NCBI GenBank assembly: GCA_001779535.1
Contig: MFKJ01000003.1
Coordinates: 1-36,546, forward strand
Reading direction: 5' to 3'
From: Candidatus Jorgensenbacteria bacterium RIFCSPHIGHO2_02_FULL_45_20
Lineage (GTDB): Bacteria; Patescibacteriota; Minisyncoccia; UBA6257; GWB1-50-10
DNA length: 36,546 nucleotides
Shown: piece by piece, positions 36,385 through 36,546 of the stretch
Layout of the letters: every line of letters begins with the position of its first letter
Position numbering within the stretch: position 1 is the first letter of the stretch
Program-made: the position numbers and the translations under genes
Notes under the pieces: generated by a model
Databases searched by the model: none
Told to the model about the DNA's origin: nothing
Seen by the model: only the letters and a program-made list of their open reading frames with translations

Positions 36385-36546
36385 TCTATAAATAAATTGC
36401 CAAAAAATACATTAAGGAAAAGAAATTTCTGGCTACATCACATAACAGCGTGTATCTGGATACGGAAAATTGGCGCAAAAATCAAAAACCCCGATGCAGA
36501 GCATCGAGGTATGATCTCTTCGTTTAGAGTAAATCGAATAGAGTAG

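Larger units (their letters stand above)
33291..36546 (+). mobile_element. integron-like gene cassette array (at least 4 cassettes, runs off the window)
   Basis: co-oriented single-gene units starting at GTT (33291, 34090, 35462, 36044), with TAAC ends at 34001, 35400, 35977 and 36446 and hairpin spacers between; AT-rich. Confidence 0.8.

Noticed and set aside
33291-36446. CRISPR array or IS elements as the explanation of the repeats
   Set aside because: The repeats are inverted and unit-specific, the enclosed genes are not transposases, and I see no target-site duplications or constant repeat-spacer period.

Overview
Bacterial chromosomal window. The gene set (alpha2-type GlyRS, short ValRS/MetRS, H+-PPase, Nudix-inserted LeuRS, 7-nt low-complexity inserts in genes) suggests Patescibacteria/Parcubacteria (CPR); this is inference. 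Positions 1-32.3 kb are mostly housekeeping: glyA, folD, recA, ftsK, yraN, nusA, hppA, hsp20, prsW, valS, tsaD, a GT2, recO, glyQS, an M16 peptidase, an AI-2E transporter, metG, tatD and leuS. The ftsK-yraN gap holds two perfect DnaA boxes and two perfect parS sites (candidate origin region), and an orphan gene at 2322 follows an apparent leader-peptide attenuator. From about 32.3 kb the sequence becomes visibly AT-richer and carries the most unusual feature: an integron-like array with an attI-like site and four single-gene cassettes starting at GTT, separated by attC-like hairpins. Each gene is enclosed by its own long, cassette-specific inverted repeats (up to 65 paired positions) that break at positions 10-11. 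No integrase is in the window; an XRE-HTH/SET-domain ORF sits where intI would be expected.
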